From a virus, in the IMG/VR virus record IMGVR_UViG_3300026522_000001, positions 54,806 through 118,805 of that record: 64,000 nt of DNA; one strand, given 5' to 3'. This document shows, in pieces, positions 1-8,423 of this stretch (the first letter of the stretch is position 1; every line of letters begins with the position of its first letter). The notes beneath the pieces are model-generated. The model was not told where the DNA came from. It saw nothing but the letters and a program-made list of their open reading frames with translations, and made no database searches. Position numbers and translations under genes: made by a program.

Positions 1-565
1 TCTTTAGATTTTCCCATGCTTTATATTTATTTGGAAGTAATAGTTTTATTCCATCTCTGCCTTGTGAAACTTCTGACAAAAGACTTGTATCACACTCATC
101 ACTATTCTTAAATTTAAGTCTACTTATTTTCTTAAATTTCTGATTTCCATTTTCATCTAAAACAGGACTACCATCTACGTCTGTTTCTGGTACTTCTTCT
201 GTATAGAATGACATATAATCTCCTATGTCTGCTTTTGCTATTTTTAGATTATATTCTACATATTCTAGTGGGTCTATATCTAAAGTATATGCCATTAACT
301 TCTTTGCTCTTTTTAGTGCGGCCTGTATTTTAGGCTTTTTTATTTCCATATTTCCTAAAACACCTGCTGTTTTCTTATTCTTTACATTAAAAGCACTAAA
401 ATAAGAAATTGTAGGATTTGAATTAGAAAGATATAGCATAACAAAATCTTTTTGTTTATCAGTTAAATCTGAATCACCAAAAATATCATCATATATTTTT
501 TCTCTTAATTCTTTATTTTCTTCAAAAGAATTAACAACACGCTCTTCTTCTTTTTTCTTTGCCAT
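1..565 (-). CDS. terminase small subunit, N-terminal part (3' end lies beyond the window start)
   Basis: Open frame runs off the window edge. ATG at 565-563 follows AAAGGGGA. Translation MAKKKEEERV..DLTDKQKDFVMLYLSNSNPTISYFSAFNV..KKPKIQAAL has the LTxKQxxF..Y helix-turn-helix N-terminus typical of phage TerS. Confidence 0.6.
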   Translation of the reverse strand, partial: MAKKKEEERVVNSFEENKELREKIYDDIFGDSDLTDKQKDFVMLYLSNSNPTISYFSAFNVKNKKTAGVLGNMEIKKPKIQAALKRAKKLMAYTLDIDPLEYVEYNLKIAKADIGDYMSFYTEEVPETDVDGSPVLDENGNQKFKKISRLKFKNSDECDTSLLSEVSQGRDGIKLLLPNKYKAWENLK

Positions 566-612
566 CTAAAAAGTCCCCTTTATCTAAATGATTAGCATAC
601 TGTTATATCAGT

Positions 613-641
613 ATTATAGCATATTTTTAATAAAAAATCAA
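613..641 (-). promoter_or_regulatory. sigma70-type promoter upstream of terS
   Basis: Minus strand reads TTGATT, a 17-nt spacer, then TATAAT, about 45 nt upstream of the terS ATG. Confidence 0.5.
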
Positions 642-650
642 GATATTATA

Positions 651-688
651 TACAACAAAATAGCTACTGTGGTTAATCAGTAGCTATT
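651..688 (-). terminator. intrinsic terminator after the tRNA cluster
   Basis: 10-bp perfect stem (atagctactg / cagtagctat), followed on the minus strand by TTTTGTTG. Confidence 0.5.
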
Positions 689-761
689 TGCACAAGGAGA
701 CTGAAAAATGGAAACCGAATTCATTGGCAATCTTTATGTGTTTAGCATATTGATTGCATGT

Positions 762-835
762 TGGAGCGAATAATCAGAATCGAACTGACATATTATCCTT
801 GGAGGGGATATGTTCTACCATTGAACTATATTCGC
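762..835 (-). tRNA. tRNA-Gly (anticodon UCC)
   Basis: Hand-folded cloverleaf: acceptor gcgaata/tattcgc, T arm gtcag-ttcgatt-ctgat, anticodon loop cctccaa, CCA encoded. Position 33 is C, which is unusual. Confidence 0.75.
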
Positions 836-837
836 AT

Positions 838-911
838 TGGATGCGGAAGAAAGAGTTGCACTTTCATCTCCTGCCTATGAAACAAGTATTCTTCTGTTAA
901 ACTATTCCGCT
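838..911 (-). tRNA. tRNA with CAU anticodon (Met or lysidine-Ile2), non-canonical
   Basis: Anticodon arm cttgt-ttcatag-gcagg, T arm gaaag-tgcaact-ctttc, CCA encoded. It has an A1.A72 mismatch, a G.U-rich D stem and no GG in the D loop. Confidence 0.6.
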
Positions 912-912
912 A

Positions 913-1231
913 TGGTTGAGATAGATGGGCTTGAACCATCGACCTTTGGTTTATCTTGCTACTACATATTTCTATGTCCACAAAAAATATTGTGTTGTAG
1001 TCTGGGCTATATCTTCATCATTTCAGATGGGCAACGTATAGTCTCTACGAATCCTGTGCAATCAGTTTTCTCGGTATTGTCTTTAGCATTACCTAGTAAG
1101 AGTTTCACCGATATAGTTGCCTGCACTTTATACATTAACTCATTACATTAAATCTATTGCAAGTAATGATTCTGTATAAAGGCTCATATTATGTTTAAGA
1201 CCACTGCTCTAACCTACTGAGCTATATCTCA
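913..1231 (-). tRNA. tRNA-Ile (anticodon UAU) split by a 242-nt group I intron between positions 34 and 35
   Basis: 5' exon 1231-1197: tgagata ta gctc agtaggtta gagc a gtggt ctt. 3' exon 954-913: ataa accaa aggtc gatgg ttcaagc ccatc tatctca a cca. Acceptor, D and T stems pair perfectly only when the two halves are joined. Confidence 0.8.
955..1196 (-). mobile_element. group I intron (IC3-like, no ORF) in the tRNA anticodon loop
   Basis: Follows U34 and ends in G. It starts aaacataatatGAGCCttta (compare AAAUAAUUGAGCCUUA in the cyanobacterial tRNA-Leu intron) and contains cgTAGAGACTATACGttgccc, the P7/J8-7 core as in the Azoarcus/Anabaena tRNA introns. Confidence 0.8.
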
Positions 1232-1235
1232 ATTA

Positions 1236-1310
1236 TGGTGGGCTTACTAAGAATCGAACTTAGATTGTGGGATTAGAAGTCCCATGTATTATCCTTTATA
1301 CTATAAGCCC
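1236..1310 (-). tRNA. tRNA-Arg (anticodon UCU)
   Basis: Acceptor gggctta/taagccc, anticodon arm tggga-cttctaa-tccca, T arm ctaag-ttcgatt-cttag, CCA encoded. Confidence 0.85.
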
Positions 1311-1533
1311 ATTATTACAAGTTTTTTCCTGTTTCCCCACCAAGCAGAATGGAAAACTTGAAAAACCATCTAACACACCCACATATTACTATGTATATAT
1401 CCATATGTAATGTTAGTCCCTAAGCCAGCTTACATTTTACTAGACGCATTTGATAAAGATTTATAAATCATATATGTATAACTTTTTTCAATTAATTGCT
1501 GTGTGCGTCTATTCCCTTACCGCTTATATATTT

Positions 1534-1562
1534 ATTATACCACAGGTTAAGCCCTGTGTCAA
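1534..1562 (-). promoter_or_regulatory. consensus promoter driving a ~215-nt leader plus the tRNA cluster
   Basis: Minus strand reads TTGACA, a 17-nt spacer, then TATAAT with an extended TG. Confidence 0.65.
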
Positions 1563-1647
1563 TACCTTATTTTTTTTTATTCTCCAAACTTGAAATTCTG
1601 TTCTCCCCGATGACATGTACTTATTCTAACACATATTAGCCCCAATG

Positions 1648-3204
1648 TCAACAGTATTTGAAAATTTCTTCGACAACGTCATAGCGGGACTTATTCAGCT
1701 GTCTGCAAAAGGCTTTATATGGGTCAAGTTCATTACAACAAACCATATCTACAAGCTCTTTACTAAATCCACTCAAAAGAATTACACCATTTCTTGAGCT
1801 TTGAATTGGGACTGTACCATCATTATAACAAGAGACATTCCAAAAAATGAGTTTAGGAAGTTCATACCCACAATCCTTATACTTCTTCTCAATATTCTCA
1901 AATAATGTGTCATTTTCTTGTATATTTTGATTGCGTAATGGGAATCCAAATGCATCTGTATCACACATAGCAGTATTAAACTGCATATCAGAAATGATAA
2001 GAACATTCTTTGGCATATCTGCCTGTGTCGCATTACACTTCTTTGCTGTTTTTAGGATGAGGTCAAATACAGATTCAACATTAGTTGTACTACATTCTGT
2101 ATTTTTCATTAGCTTTTCTATATTGTCCCTTAATGTATTGCAGTTTACTGTAATCATCTTTGGGTTATTAGAAAATGCCATGATTTTATCTTTGAATACA
2201 CCTGTATTATTTTTTGCACAATACAGAGCAATTGAATCCCCAATTTCCATCGCTGAAACATTTTTTGATACATATGATAACATAGAGCCACTTCCATCTC
2301 TAACAACAAGCGTATCAGCAAATGTTTTTGGTTTCTTTTGAGATTCCCAAAGACTCTCTAGGGTATTGTCAACAGGTTTCATTCCAATGCCAAAAAAATT
2401 AGCATCTTTCTCATATGCATGAACTATGTCATACAAAAACATAGAATTAGCATTTATCTTATTTTCGCCACGAGCTACATCAATAAGATATTCATTTCTT
2501 CTAGCAAAATCGTGCTTAAGAAAAGAATCCTTATACTTGATATTTGCTAAAGATGGTACATGAGAGTAATCTACTTTATCCCATTTATTTGAACTTAACT
2601 TTACCTCTAAAACATCTAGCCCTTTTCTTAGTTTAGAAAGTGTTTTTCTATACTGTGAAGGAGACATTCTAAAATATTTTCTAAGTTCATTACCAACTGC
2701 TACTGTTTTCTTTGAAGATGTATTGATACTCGGCATCCATTTTGCTAAAAGACTGTATGGCTTTCCATTGGAATAATTATATAAGTCATCATAAAGCTGT
2801 TCTTGCAAAATCCCTGCAATATATATTTTTAAGTCATCATATTTTGTATTTGCAAAAAGATAAATATAGTCGTCCCATCTGCCAAATTCAGGCAAGTCAA
2901 CCGTGTAAATAAATCTATAGAAAATAGACATATCGATTTCTGTAAGATGAAGTAGCAACTTTCTAAAAGTATCTCTTTCACCCATTCCTTCTCTGACATC
3001 TCTCAAAAAGAGAAGGAATCTTAATGTCATAGCTTTATCTTGATAATATGCTTCATCAAAAAGAGAATAATCTATTGGATTTTCCCTAAATGATGAAACT
3101 TTATAGAAAAAATCTAAAAGTTTACTGCCTGTTGTAGCATAAGCTACTGCACCATTTTCTGTTGTTGTTTTTACATTGTTTTCAAGATTTTCAATAAAAT
3201 TCAT
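1648..3204 (-). CDS. DUF2828-like protein with C-terminal vWA/MIDAS domain (Ro60-like architecture)
   Basis: N-terminus TENGAVAYATTGSKLLDFFYK..LRFLLFLRDVREGMGERDTFRKL matches the DUF2828 signature as I recall it. VVRDGSGSM is a DxSxS MIDAS motif. Confidence 0.6.
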   Translation of the reverse strand: MNFIENLENNVKTTTENGAVAYATTGSKLLDFFYKVSSFRENPIDYSLFDEAYYQDKAMTLRFLLFLRDVREGMGERDTFRKLLLHLTEIDMSIFYRFIYTVDLPEFGRWDDYIYLFANTKYDDLKIYIAGILQEQLYDDLYNYSNGKPYSLLAKWMPSINTSSKKTVAVGNELRKYFRMSPSQYRKTLSKLRKGLDVLEVKLSSNKWDKVDYSHVPSLANIKYKDSFLKHDFARRNEYLIDVARGENKINANSMFLYDIVHAYEKDANFFGIGMKPVDNTLESLWESQKKPKTFADTLVVRDGSGSMLSYVSKNVSAMEIGDSIALYCAKNNTGVFKDKIMAFSNNPKMITVNCNTLRDNIEKLMKNTECSTTNVESVFDLILKTAKKCNATQADMPKNVLIISDMQFNTAMCDTDAFGFPLRNQNIQENDTLFENIEKKYKDCGYELPKLIFWNVSCYNDGTVPIQSSRNGVILLSGFSKELVDMVCCNELDPYKAFCRQLNKSRYDVVEEIFKYC

Positions 3205-3468
3205 CTTTTTTCTTCCTTCCTAGATACAAAATAATTATCCCATATTATTATTTATTATTGATTGCTGTATGTATCTAAATAAATTAAAATTATATTATAA
3301 ATACTTTAGGTTATGAATACCAAAACAAATCAATACAATTCCTGAAATTAGAATAAGACTAACTAGCATTATATATCTCCAAAAAGCAATTTGCTTTAAC
3401 ATCTATTGGTTTCATCATTTTGACTACTTATGCTATCCACCACGTAAAGGTTGATGTTACTGGATAAC

Positions 3469-3549
3469 TGCCCCTGACAGGATTCGAACCTGCACGTCTT
3501 TCGACAACGGATTTTGAATCCGCACTGTCTTCCATTCCAGCACAAGGGC
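3469..3549 (-). tRNA. tRNA-Leu (anticodon CAA), class II
   Basis: Acceptor gcccttg/caggggc, anticodon arm gcgga-ttcaaaa-tccgt, long variable arm tgtcgaaagacgt, T arm gcagg-ttcgaat-cctgt. CCA is not encoded. Confidence 0.85.
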
Positions 3550-3640
3550 AATAATTGGTTTTTTCGTTTTTTCCTTAACGACCTAGCTTTTCAGATGCGT
3601 TTTAGTGCTGGCCAGTCACTTCAAGCATAGTCCTATCCGC

Positions 3641-3760
3641 TTGACACTCCCCATGCCTAAAGGCAGGGGATTCTTGGTTCAACGACCAGTGCACCGCTTC
3701 CAAGGAATTGGTGTCTTACATGATTTCCCCAAGCGTGAATTCCCGTGTGTCCCACGGTAT
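3641..3760 (-). ncRNA. orphan TnpB omega-RNA-like scaffold, copy A
   Basis: 120 nt, about 85% identical to 59985-60104 with compensatory changes. It shares the blocks tgtaagac / gtgca.t / gttga.accaa.a / ggagt.tgtcaa with the 3' UTR of tnpB-2. It begins at the predicted TSS of a consensus promoter and ends in hairpin + TCAA. Confidence 0.6.
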
Positions 3761-3766
3761 GTTTAT

Positions 3767-3795
3767 ATTATAACACACCCTAAAACACATGTCAA
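3767..3795 (-). promoter_or_regulatory. consensus promoter for ncRNA copy A and tRNA-Leu
   Basis: Minus strand reads TTGACA tgtgttttagggtgtgt TATAAT. The predicted TSS falls on ...ATACCGTGGG, the first conserved bases of the repeat. Confidence 0.65.
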
Positions 3796-4120
3796 CACCT
3801 TTTCTGAAAAATTTTGACGAAAATTGAAAAATATATTCTGACCTCGTAGAAGCCGTTCTGAGAGTATTTTTCCCTCTATGAGTATAAATATACCTAAAAA
3901 TGCTTGGGAGCCCCTTAGTGGGCATCCTTCGAAACGACACAGGGTTTTATATTTATATTCTTTTCTCCAACCTGCACAAAAATAAAAATATTGGCCAAAA
4001 AATGAATTTTATATATATAGTGAAATTTTTCACAAGCTATACACTATTTTTTTAGGAGAGGGAGACAGCTAAAGGTAGTTCCCCTCATGGTATACATTTT
4101 ACACATTTGTCCATTTCGTC

Positions 4121-4305
4121 TTATATTATATATTATTATATTATATATACGAACGTAGTGAGTATATTTAATATATAATATATAATATAATATATATAAA
4201 AAATAATATAATAAATATATATATATAAATAATAAAATATTATATATGCTATATATATTATATTATATATACTCACTACGTTCGTATATATAATATAATA
4301 TATAT
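4121..4305. repeat. large inverted repeat flanking a pure A/T spacer
   Basis: Perfect 25-bp arms atatatacgaacgtagtgagtatat (4143-4167) and atatactcactacgttcgtatatat (4267-4291), extended by imperfect TA-rich pairing. The ~100-bp spacer contains only A/T. Confidence 0.8.
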
Positions 4306-4635
4306 AGGGCAAAATAAGCACCTGTCTTTTAGAGAAAGACAAATTATAAAGACTACTTTTTAGCTAAAAATTAGACTAAAGTCCTATTTACTATTTAGAC
4401 AAAATACTTTATAATATATAAAATAATAAAAATAAATAAAAAATAATAATATTTTATCTAAACAGAGCATATAATATTTAGATAAAAATAAATATAAAAT
4501 AATCTTAAATAATAAATTTAATATTAATTTTTATAAATAAAATATAATAATAAATTCTAAATAATTATTATATGTTTAGATTAACATAAATATAAGAATT
4601 TAATAAAAGTTTAATAAAATAAATTAAAATTTCTA

Positions 4636-4664
4636 TTGACAGCTATATATACGTATGATATAAT
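4636..4664 (+). promoter_or_regulatory. consensus promoter of the plus-strand gene block
   Basis: TTGACA gctatatatacgtatga TATAAT (17-nt spacer), about 65 nt before the 4731 ATG. Confidence 0.65.
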
Positions 4665-4730
4665 ATATGTATAGAGAAAAAGGAAATAAGGATTTTAGAG
4701 ATAATAATAAAAAGAAGTGAAAGGAAAAAT

Positions 4731-5255
4731 ATGATTCAAAAACACATAAATATAAAAAATTTACAAGGAACAGTTTCTTTGAATAAAGATATTCTTGTAG
4801 ATTTAGCAGAATTAGTAAGAATTTCACCTATTTCATCAAGACTATTATTCTTTATTATGGGTTATGCAGATGATAATAATGAAATTATTACAAATGTAAA
4901 GACTTTATCTAAATATTTAGGAAAAAATAGAGGATTAATAGAATATGCAATTAAAAATCTAGTTAAAAATGGATATATTACTATGTCATGTGTAGATATA
5001 GATAAATCTATTGATATTATTGGTAAAGAGCATGATATGGAACTCTATTTAGCTTCAAATAAACGTATTTGGAAAGTTATAGGAAATAAATATATTGGAA
5101 CTTTTAAGATTAAGGGAAAATATATTAAACTTAAAGTTAATGAGAATATTATTAAGTGTTCAAATAATAGAACAGGAAATATTATTCTTAATATAAAAGA
5201 TAATTTATATTATGATACAAGAATTGAAGATAATGATTTAAAGTGGGAGTTATAA
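4731..5255 (+). CDS. hypothetical protein, possible winged-helix DNA-binding protein
   Basis: ORF track. First gene after the promoter. The segment SKYLGKNRGLIEYAIKNLVKNGYI looks wHTH-like. Confidence 0.55.
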   Translation: MIQKHINIKNLQGTVSLNKDILVDLAELVRISPISSRLLFFIMGYADDNNEIITNVKTLSKYLGKNRGLIEYAIKNLVKNGYITMSCVDIDKSIDIIGKEHDMELYLASNKRIWKVIGNKYIGTFKIKGKYIKLKVNENIIKCSNNRTGNIILNIKDNLYYDTRIEDNDLKWEL

Positions 5256-5258
5256 TAT

Positions 5259-5423
5259 ATGCAGTCTACAAGAATTATTTTTAATATAAATACTAGACTA
5301 AAAGAAATGTTTGAAGATATTTGTAAAGAAAAAGGACTTACAAAAACTAAAGTTATTACAATGCTAATTAAAAAATATGTTAATGATAATAATAAAATTG
5401 AAAGAGAGGAAATTAAGGTTTGA
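5259..5423 (+). CDS. ribbon-helix-helix (CopG/Arc-like) small protein
   Basis: 54-aa ORF below the track cutoff: MQSTRIIFNINTRLKEMFEDICKEKGLTKTKVITMLIKKYV. It has a beta-alpha-alpha pattern and overlaps the next start by 4 nt. Confidence 0.5.
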   Translation: MQSTRIIFNINTRLKEMFEDICKEKGLTKTKVITMLIKKYVNDNNKIEREEIKV

Positions 5424-6217
5424 TAGAAAAAGAAAAATTACTATCAGATAAACTAAATACACATACATTCTCTTTTAGAACAACTCAAGATAAAATGTTT
5501 TTAGTAGTTTTATCTGATATACACATGGGAGCTTGTAATAGAGAATATCTTAGAGAAATTATCTCTTTTATTCTTAGTATTAAAAACTGTTATGTTATCT
5601 TAGGTGGAGATGCTACAAATAGTACAACTACTACTTCTAAAGGAAATGTTTTAGAAGAACAATTATCAGGTGATAAACAGATTTATGCTATTGTAGAAGA
5701 TTTAAAGCCATTAGTAGAAAACAATAGATTAATTGCTATTGGTGAAACAGGAAATCATGGTAATAGAATTTATGATAATTCTTATATAAGCATCAATAAG
5801 ATGATTGCTGTTTTGCTAGGTGTTCCTAAACTATATAAGGGAAATGCTCTTTTTGGATTTATCAATGTAAATAATATTTGTTATACAATATCAGTAATTC
5901 ATAAAAACAGAAAAGCAAAAAATTATTATGAATATGCTAGATGTGATATTCTTTATAAAGAACATTGGCATGAACTTAGATATGAACAAAAACTTGTTTA
6001 TGAATGGAATAAATATAATAAGTCACTAAGTGTTATTCCAACATTTGAAATTTATAATGGTTCTTTTTTGAATTTTCCTGAATATAGCTTGAAAGCTAAT
6101 TATAGACCACAGTTTATTGGAACATACTTTACTCTTTTAGACGGTAAAAAGAGATATATTCAACCATTTATAGATAAAGATTTATATTACATTATCAATA
6201 ATGGGTTTAAGGCTTAA
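5420..6217 (+). CDS. calcineurin-like metallophosphoesterase
   Basis: Motifs LSDIHMG (DxH), ILGGDATN (GD) and GNHGNR (GNH). Confidence 0.65.
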   Translation: MIEKEKLLSDKLNTHTFSFRTTQDKMFLVVLSDIHMGACNREYLREIISFILSIKNCYVILGGDATNSTTTTSKGNVLEEQLSGDKQIYAIVEDLKPLVENNRLIAIGETGNHGNRIYDNSYISINKMIAVLLGVPKLYKGNALFGFINVNNICYTISVIHKNRKAKNYYEYARCDILYKEHWHELRYEQKLVYEWNKYNKSLSVIPTFEIYNGSFLNFPEYSLKANYRPQFIGTYFTLLDGKKRYIQPFIDKDLYYIINNGFKA

Positions 6218-6229
6218 AGGGGAAAATAA

Positions 6230-6514
6230 ATGAGTGAATTAAGCATATCAGATAAGTTTTTAGATTTTCTAAAAAATAAAATTAATGAACATGTAGATAT
6301 TGTAAATAATTATTCTTATAACGAAGAAAAACTAAACAAGGCTTTAGAAAAATTACAAGTAGAAACAACTATTTATGCTAATCTTGTAACAATTTATACA
6401 AATTCAAAAACAAAAGAAATTACAGATGAAATTATTAATAGTATGAAAAATGTTGACGCTGATACTATCAATAATGCAATAAGTCAGTTTAGTAATTTTA
6501 CAGATAAGAATTAA
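6230..6514 (+). CDS. hypothetical protein
   Basis: ORF track. Co-directional, tightly packed, RBS GGGGAAAA upstream. Confidence 0.55.
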   Translation: MSELSISDKFLDFLKNKINEHVDIVNNYSYNEEKLNKALEKLQVETTIYANLVTIYTNSKTKEITDEIINSMKNVDADTINNAISQFSNFTDKN

Positions 6515-6528
6515 GACGGGGTAATTAT

Positions 6529-6981
6529 ATGAAGCCAATTAGAGAATTTAAGTCAGACGAAGAATTTCAAAAGATTGCTAAAGACCTACAGCATAAACTC
6601 TTTTTAGATGATTGGTTTATCATTTTTGGGCTTACAGATGAGCCAATTAAGATTTCTGAAGGATATGCTAGTGGATTAACACATTATGATTATGATAATA
6701 GAGAAGCTACAATTCTTGTTCTAAATAAAGATAATTGGGATTATTCACCAGAAGTAGCAGAGCATAAACCTGCTGTAACTAGGAATTGTGCCTTATTGAA
6801 TCTTCTACATGAATTATTGCATCTAAAGAGAGAGTATATAGTTCCTTCTGATATTCTTGGAAATGAAGCAGATGAATTATCTGAAATGGAAAGAGAAGAA
6901 GTTCATGTAAATCTTGAAAAGATGGCAAAAACACTTTTCATGGCACTAACAGGAACTAATACAGATTATTTTCTAAAATAA
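6529..6981 (+). CDS. hypothetical protein with HExxH motif (possible metallopeptidase)
   Basis: LLHELLHLKRE contains HExxH. RBS GACGGGG upstream. Confidence 0.5.
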   Translation: MKPIREFKSDEEFQKIAKDLQHKLFLDDWFIIFGLTDEPIKISEGYASGLTHYDYDNREATILVLNKDNWDYSPEVAEHKPAVTRNCALLNLLHELLHLKREYIVPSDILGNEADELSEMEREEVHVNLEKMAKTLFMALTGTNTDYFLK

Positions 6982-7006
6982 AAAGAATAAAGGAGTTTTC
7001 TATTAT

Positions 7007-7690
7007 ATGAGAAAACAAGACAATGATTATATAGACTTAAAGAATATGAAAGAAAGAGATAGAATATTCCTAAAGTTCAATAAAGAACAAAAAGAAATGT
7101 TTAAGTCTATACAAGATAATATATTCACATTTGTAGAAGCAAAGTCAGGAACAGGAAAGACATTAGTCTCTATTTCTGCTATGATTGACCTTTTGGCAAA
7201 CGACGAAATTAATAAGATTGTGTATTTCCAAAAAGTAAGTGACAGATACCTAGAGCATGGATTTTTAGCGGGAAGTTTAGAAGAAAAAACAAATATGCTT
7301 TGGACTCCATTTTATGATGCAATGAATACTTTAGGATTTTTTGAAAGCACTATTCAACATCTTATTGATAAAGAAATTATTGTATTGACAACAGATAGTG
7401 TTCTTAGAGGAGTTAATTTAGAGAAGTGTGGTGTTATTGCAGATGAGTGTGAAAACTGTGACACAGAAACACTAAGGCTTATTTTTACAAGATGTCATGA
7501 TGATTGTCATATAGTAATGCTTGGTGATTCAATGCAAAAAGACAATGCACATAAAGATAATAAAGAGTTTGTTTACTATGGTGAATATCTTTCTAATCAA
7601 GAATTTGGTGATAGATGCAAACTAACTAAGAATTATAGAGGTAAATTCAGTAAGTGTGCAGAAGATTTTATTTATAATTTTAAAGAATGA
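7007..7690 (+). CDS. phoH: PhoH-like ATPase
   Basis: Walker A AKSGTGKTLV, GFLAGSLEEK (PhoH GFLPG-like), Walker B-like VIADECEN, and MLGDSMQKD (GDxxQ.D). Confidence 0.7.
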   Translation: MRKQDNDYIDLKNMKERDRIFLKFNKEQKEMFKSIQDNIFTFVEAKSGTGKTLVSISAMIDLLANDEINKIVYFQKVSDRYLEHGFLAGSLEEKTNMLWTPFYDAMNTLGFFESTIQHLIDKEIIVLTTDSVLRGVNLEKCGVIADECENCDTETLRLIFTRCHDDCHIVMLGDSMQKDNAHKDNKEFVYYGEYLSNQEFGDRCKLTKNYRGKFSKCAEDFIYNFKE

Positions 7691-7704
7691 GATAAATATA
7701 ATAT

Positions 7705-7875
7705 ATGACATATACTAAATTAAAAAAAAATACTATTGATTCAGTCCTTGCAAATAATGCAATAACTGATAAATCTAGCAAAATTAGTCAATATATTAAG
7801 TTAATGGAAGATTTTAGTAATAAATATGAAATTTACTTTTTAACTGTTATGGATAGTGATGGTGATACACATTGA
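7705..7875 (+). CDS. hypothetical small protein
   Basis: 56-aa ORF filling the gap between neighbours, with a 4-nt overlap onto the next start. Confidence 0.35.
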   Translation: MTYTKLKKNTIDSVLANNAITDKSSKISQYIKLMEDFSNKYEIYFLTVMDSDGDTH

Positions 7876-8423
7876 GTACTGATAGTAGAGCTTTTTTTGA
7901 GCGAGAACTAAAGATTTTGGAGGATGAATCAGAAAAAGATGATAAGGCTATTTTTGATAAAACAGGCAAATATCCTTCTCCTTCTGCTTTGTCCGTCCAA
8001 AAGAAAGTTACAAATGCTATCTTAGAATTACATGATGTATTTGCTAAACAACATCATGATAATTTTAGTGCTAGTTATGTAATGGATTTATTTTATAAAC
8101 TTGTTCATTTTACACCTCTTTCGCCGCTTACTGGTAAAGATGAAGAATGGGAACCTGTAGATGGTATGGATAATACAGAATATAATACTAGATTTACTGG
8201 TATTAGTCGTACTAATAAAGATAATAGTACTGCTATTTGGAATGATGGTATTCTATTTTGTGAACCAAATAATAATAATTGGTTTGGGGCTAAAGAATCA
8301 AGAGTAAACGTATCATTTCCTTTTTCTGATTTTGCGCGAAAGCTATATGTGTTGAAATATAAATGTGAAGATAAACCTATTGCAGACCAGCTTAAAGATG
8401 GAGATTATGAGGTTGTGAATTAA
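7872..8423 (+). CDS. hypothetical protein
   Basis: ORF track (TTG start), co-directional packing. Confidence 0.55.
   Translation: MSTDSRAFFERELKILEDESEKDDKAIFDKTGKYPSPSALSVQKKVTNAILELHDVFAKQHHDNFSASYVMDLFYKLVHFTPLSPLTGKDEEWEPVDGMDNTEYNTRFTGISRTNKDNSTAIWNDGILFCEPNNNNWFGAKESRVNVSFPFSDFARKLYVLKYKCEDKPIADQLKDGDYEVVN

Noticed and set aside
837-1151. 104-aa plus-strand ORF from the track
   Set aside because: It lies antisense to tRNA-Met and to the tRNA-Ile exons and group I intron. It has no RBS. The region is fully explained by RNA genes.
1782-2341. Nested or antisense ORFs inside long genes (for example 1782-2033, 1931-2341, 23244-23564, 29680-30108, 35800-36087, 44299-44884, 47471-47767 and 52022-52306)
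   Set aside because: They are fully contained in better-supported genes with recognisable domains, which is typical of AT-rich shadow ORFs.
3605-3940. ORFs 3605-3817 (+) and 3716-3940 (-)
   Set aside because: They overlap the omega-RNA-like element and its consensus promoter. The same sequence at 59974-60165 is also open only by chance. No RBS.
4136-4342. 68-aa minus-strand ORF (poly Ile/Tyr)
   Set aside because: It is a translation of the pure A/T inverted-repeat region, so a low-complexity artefact.
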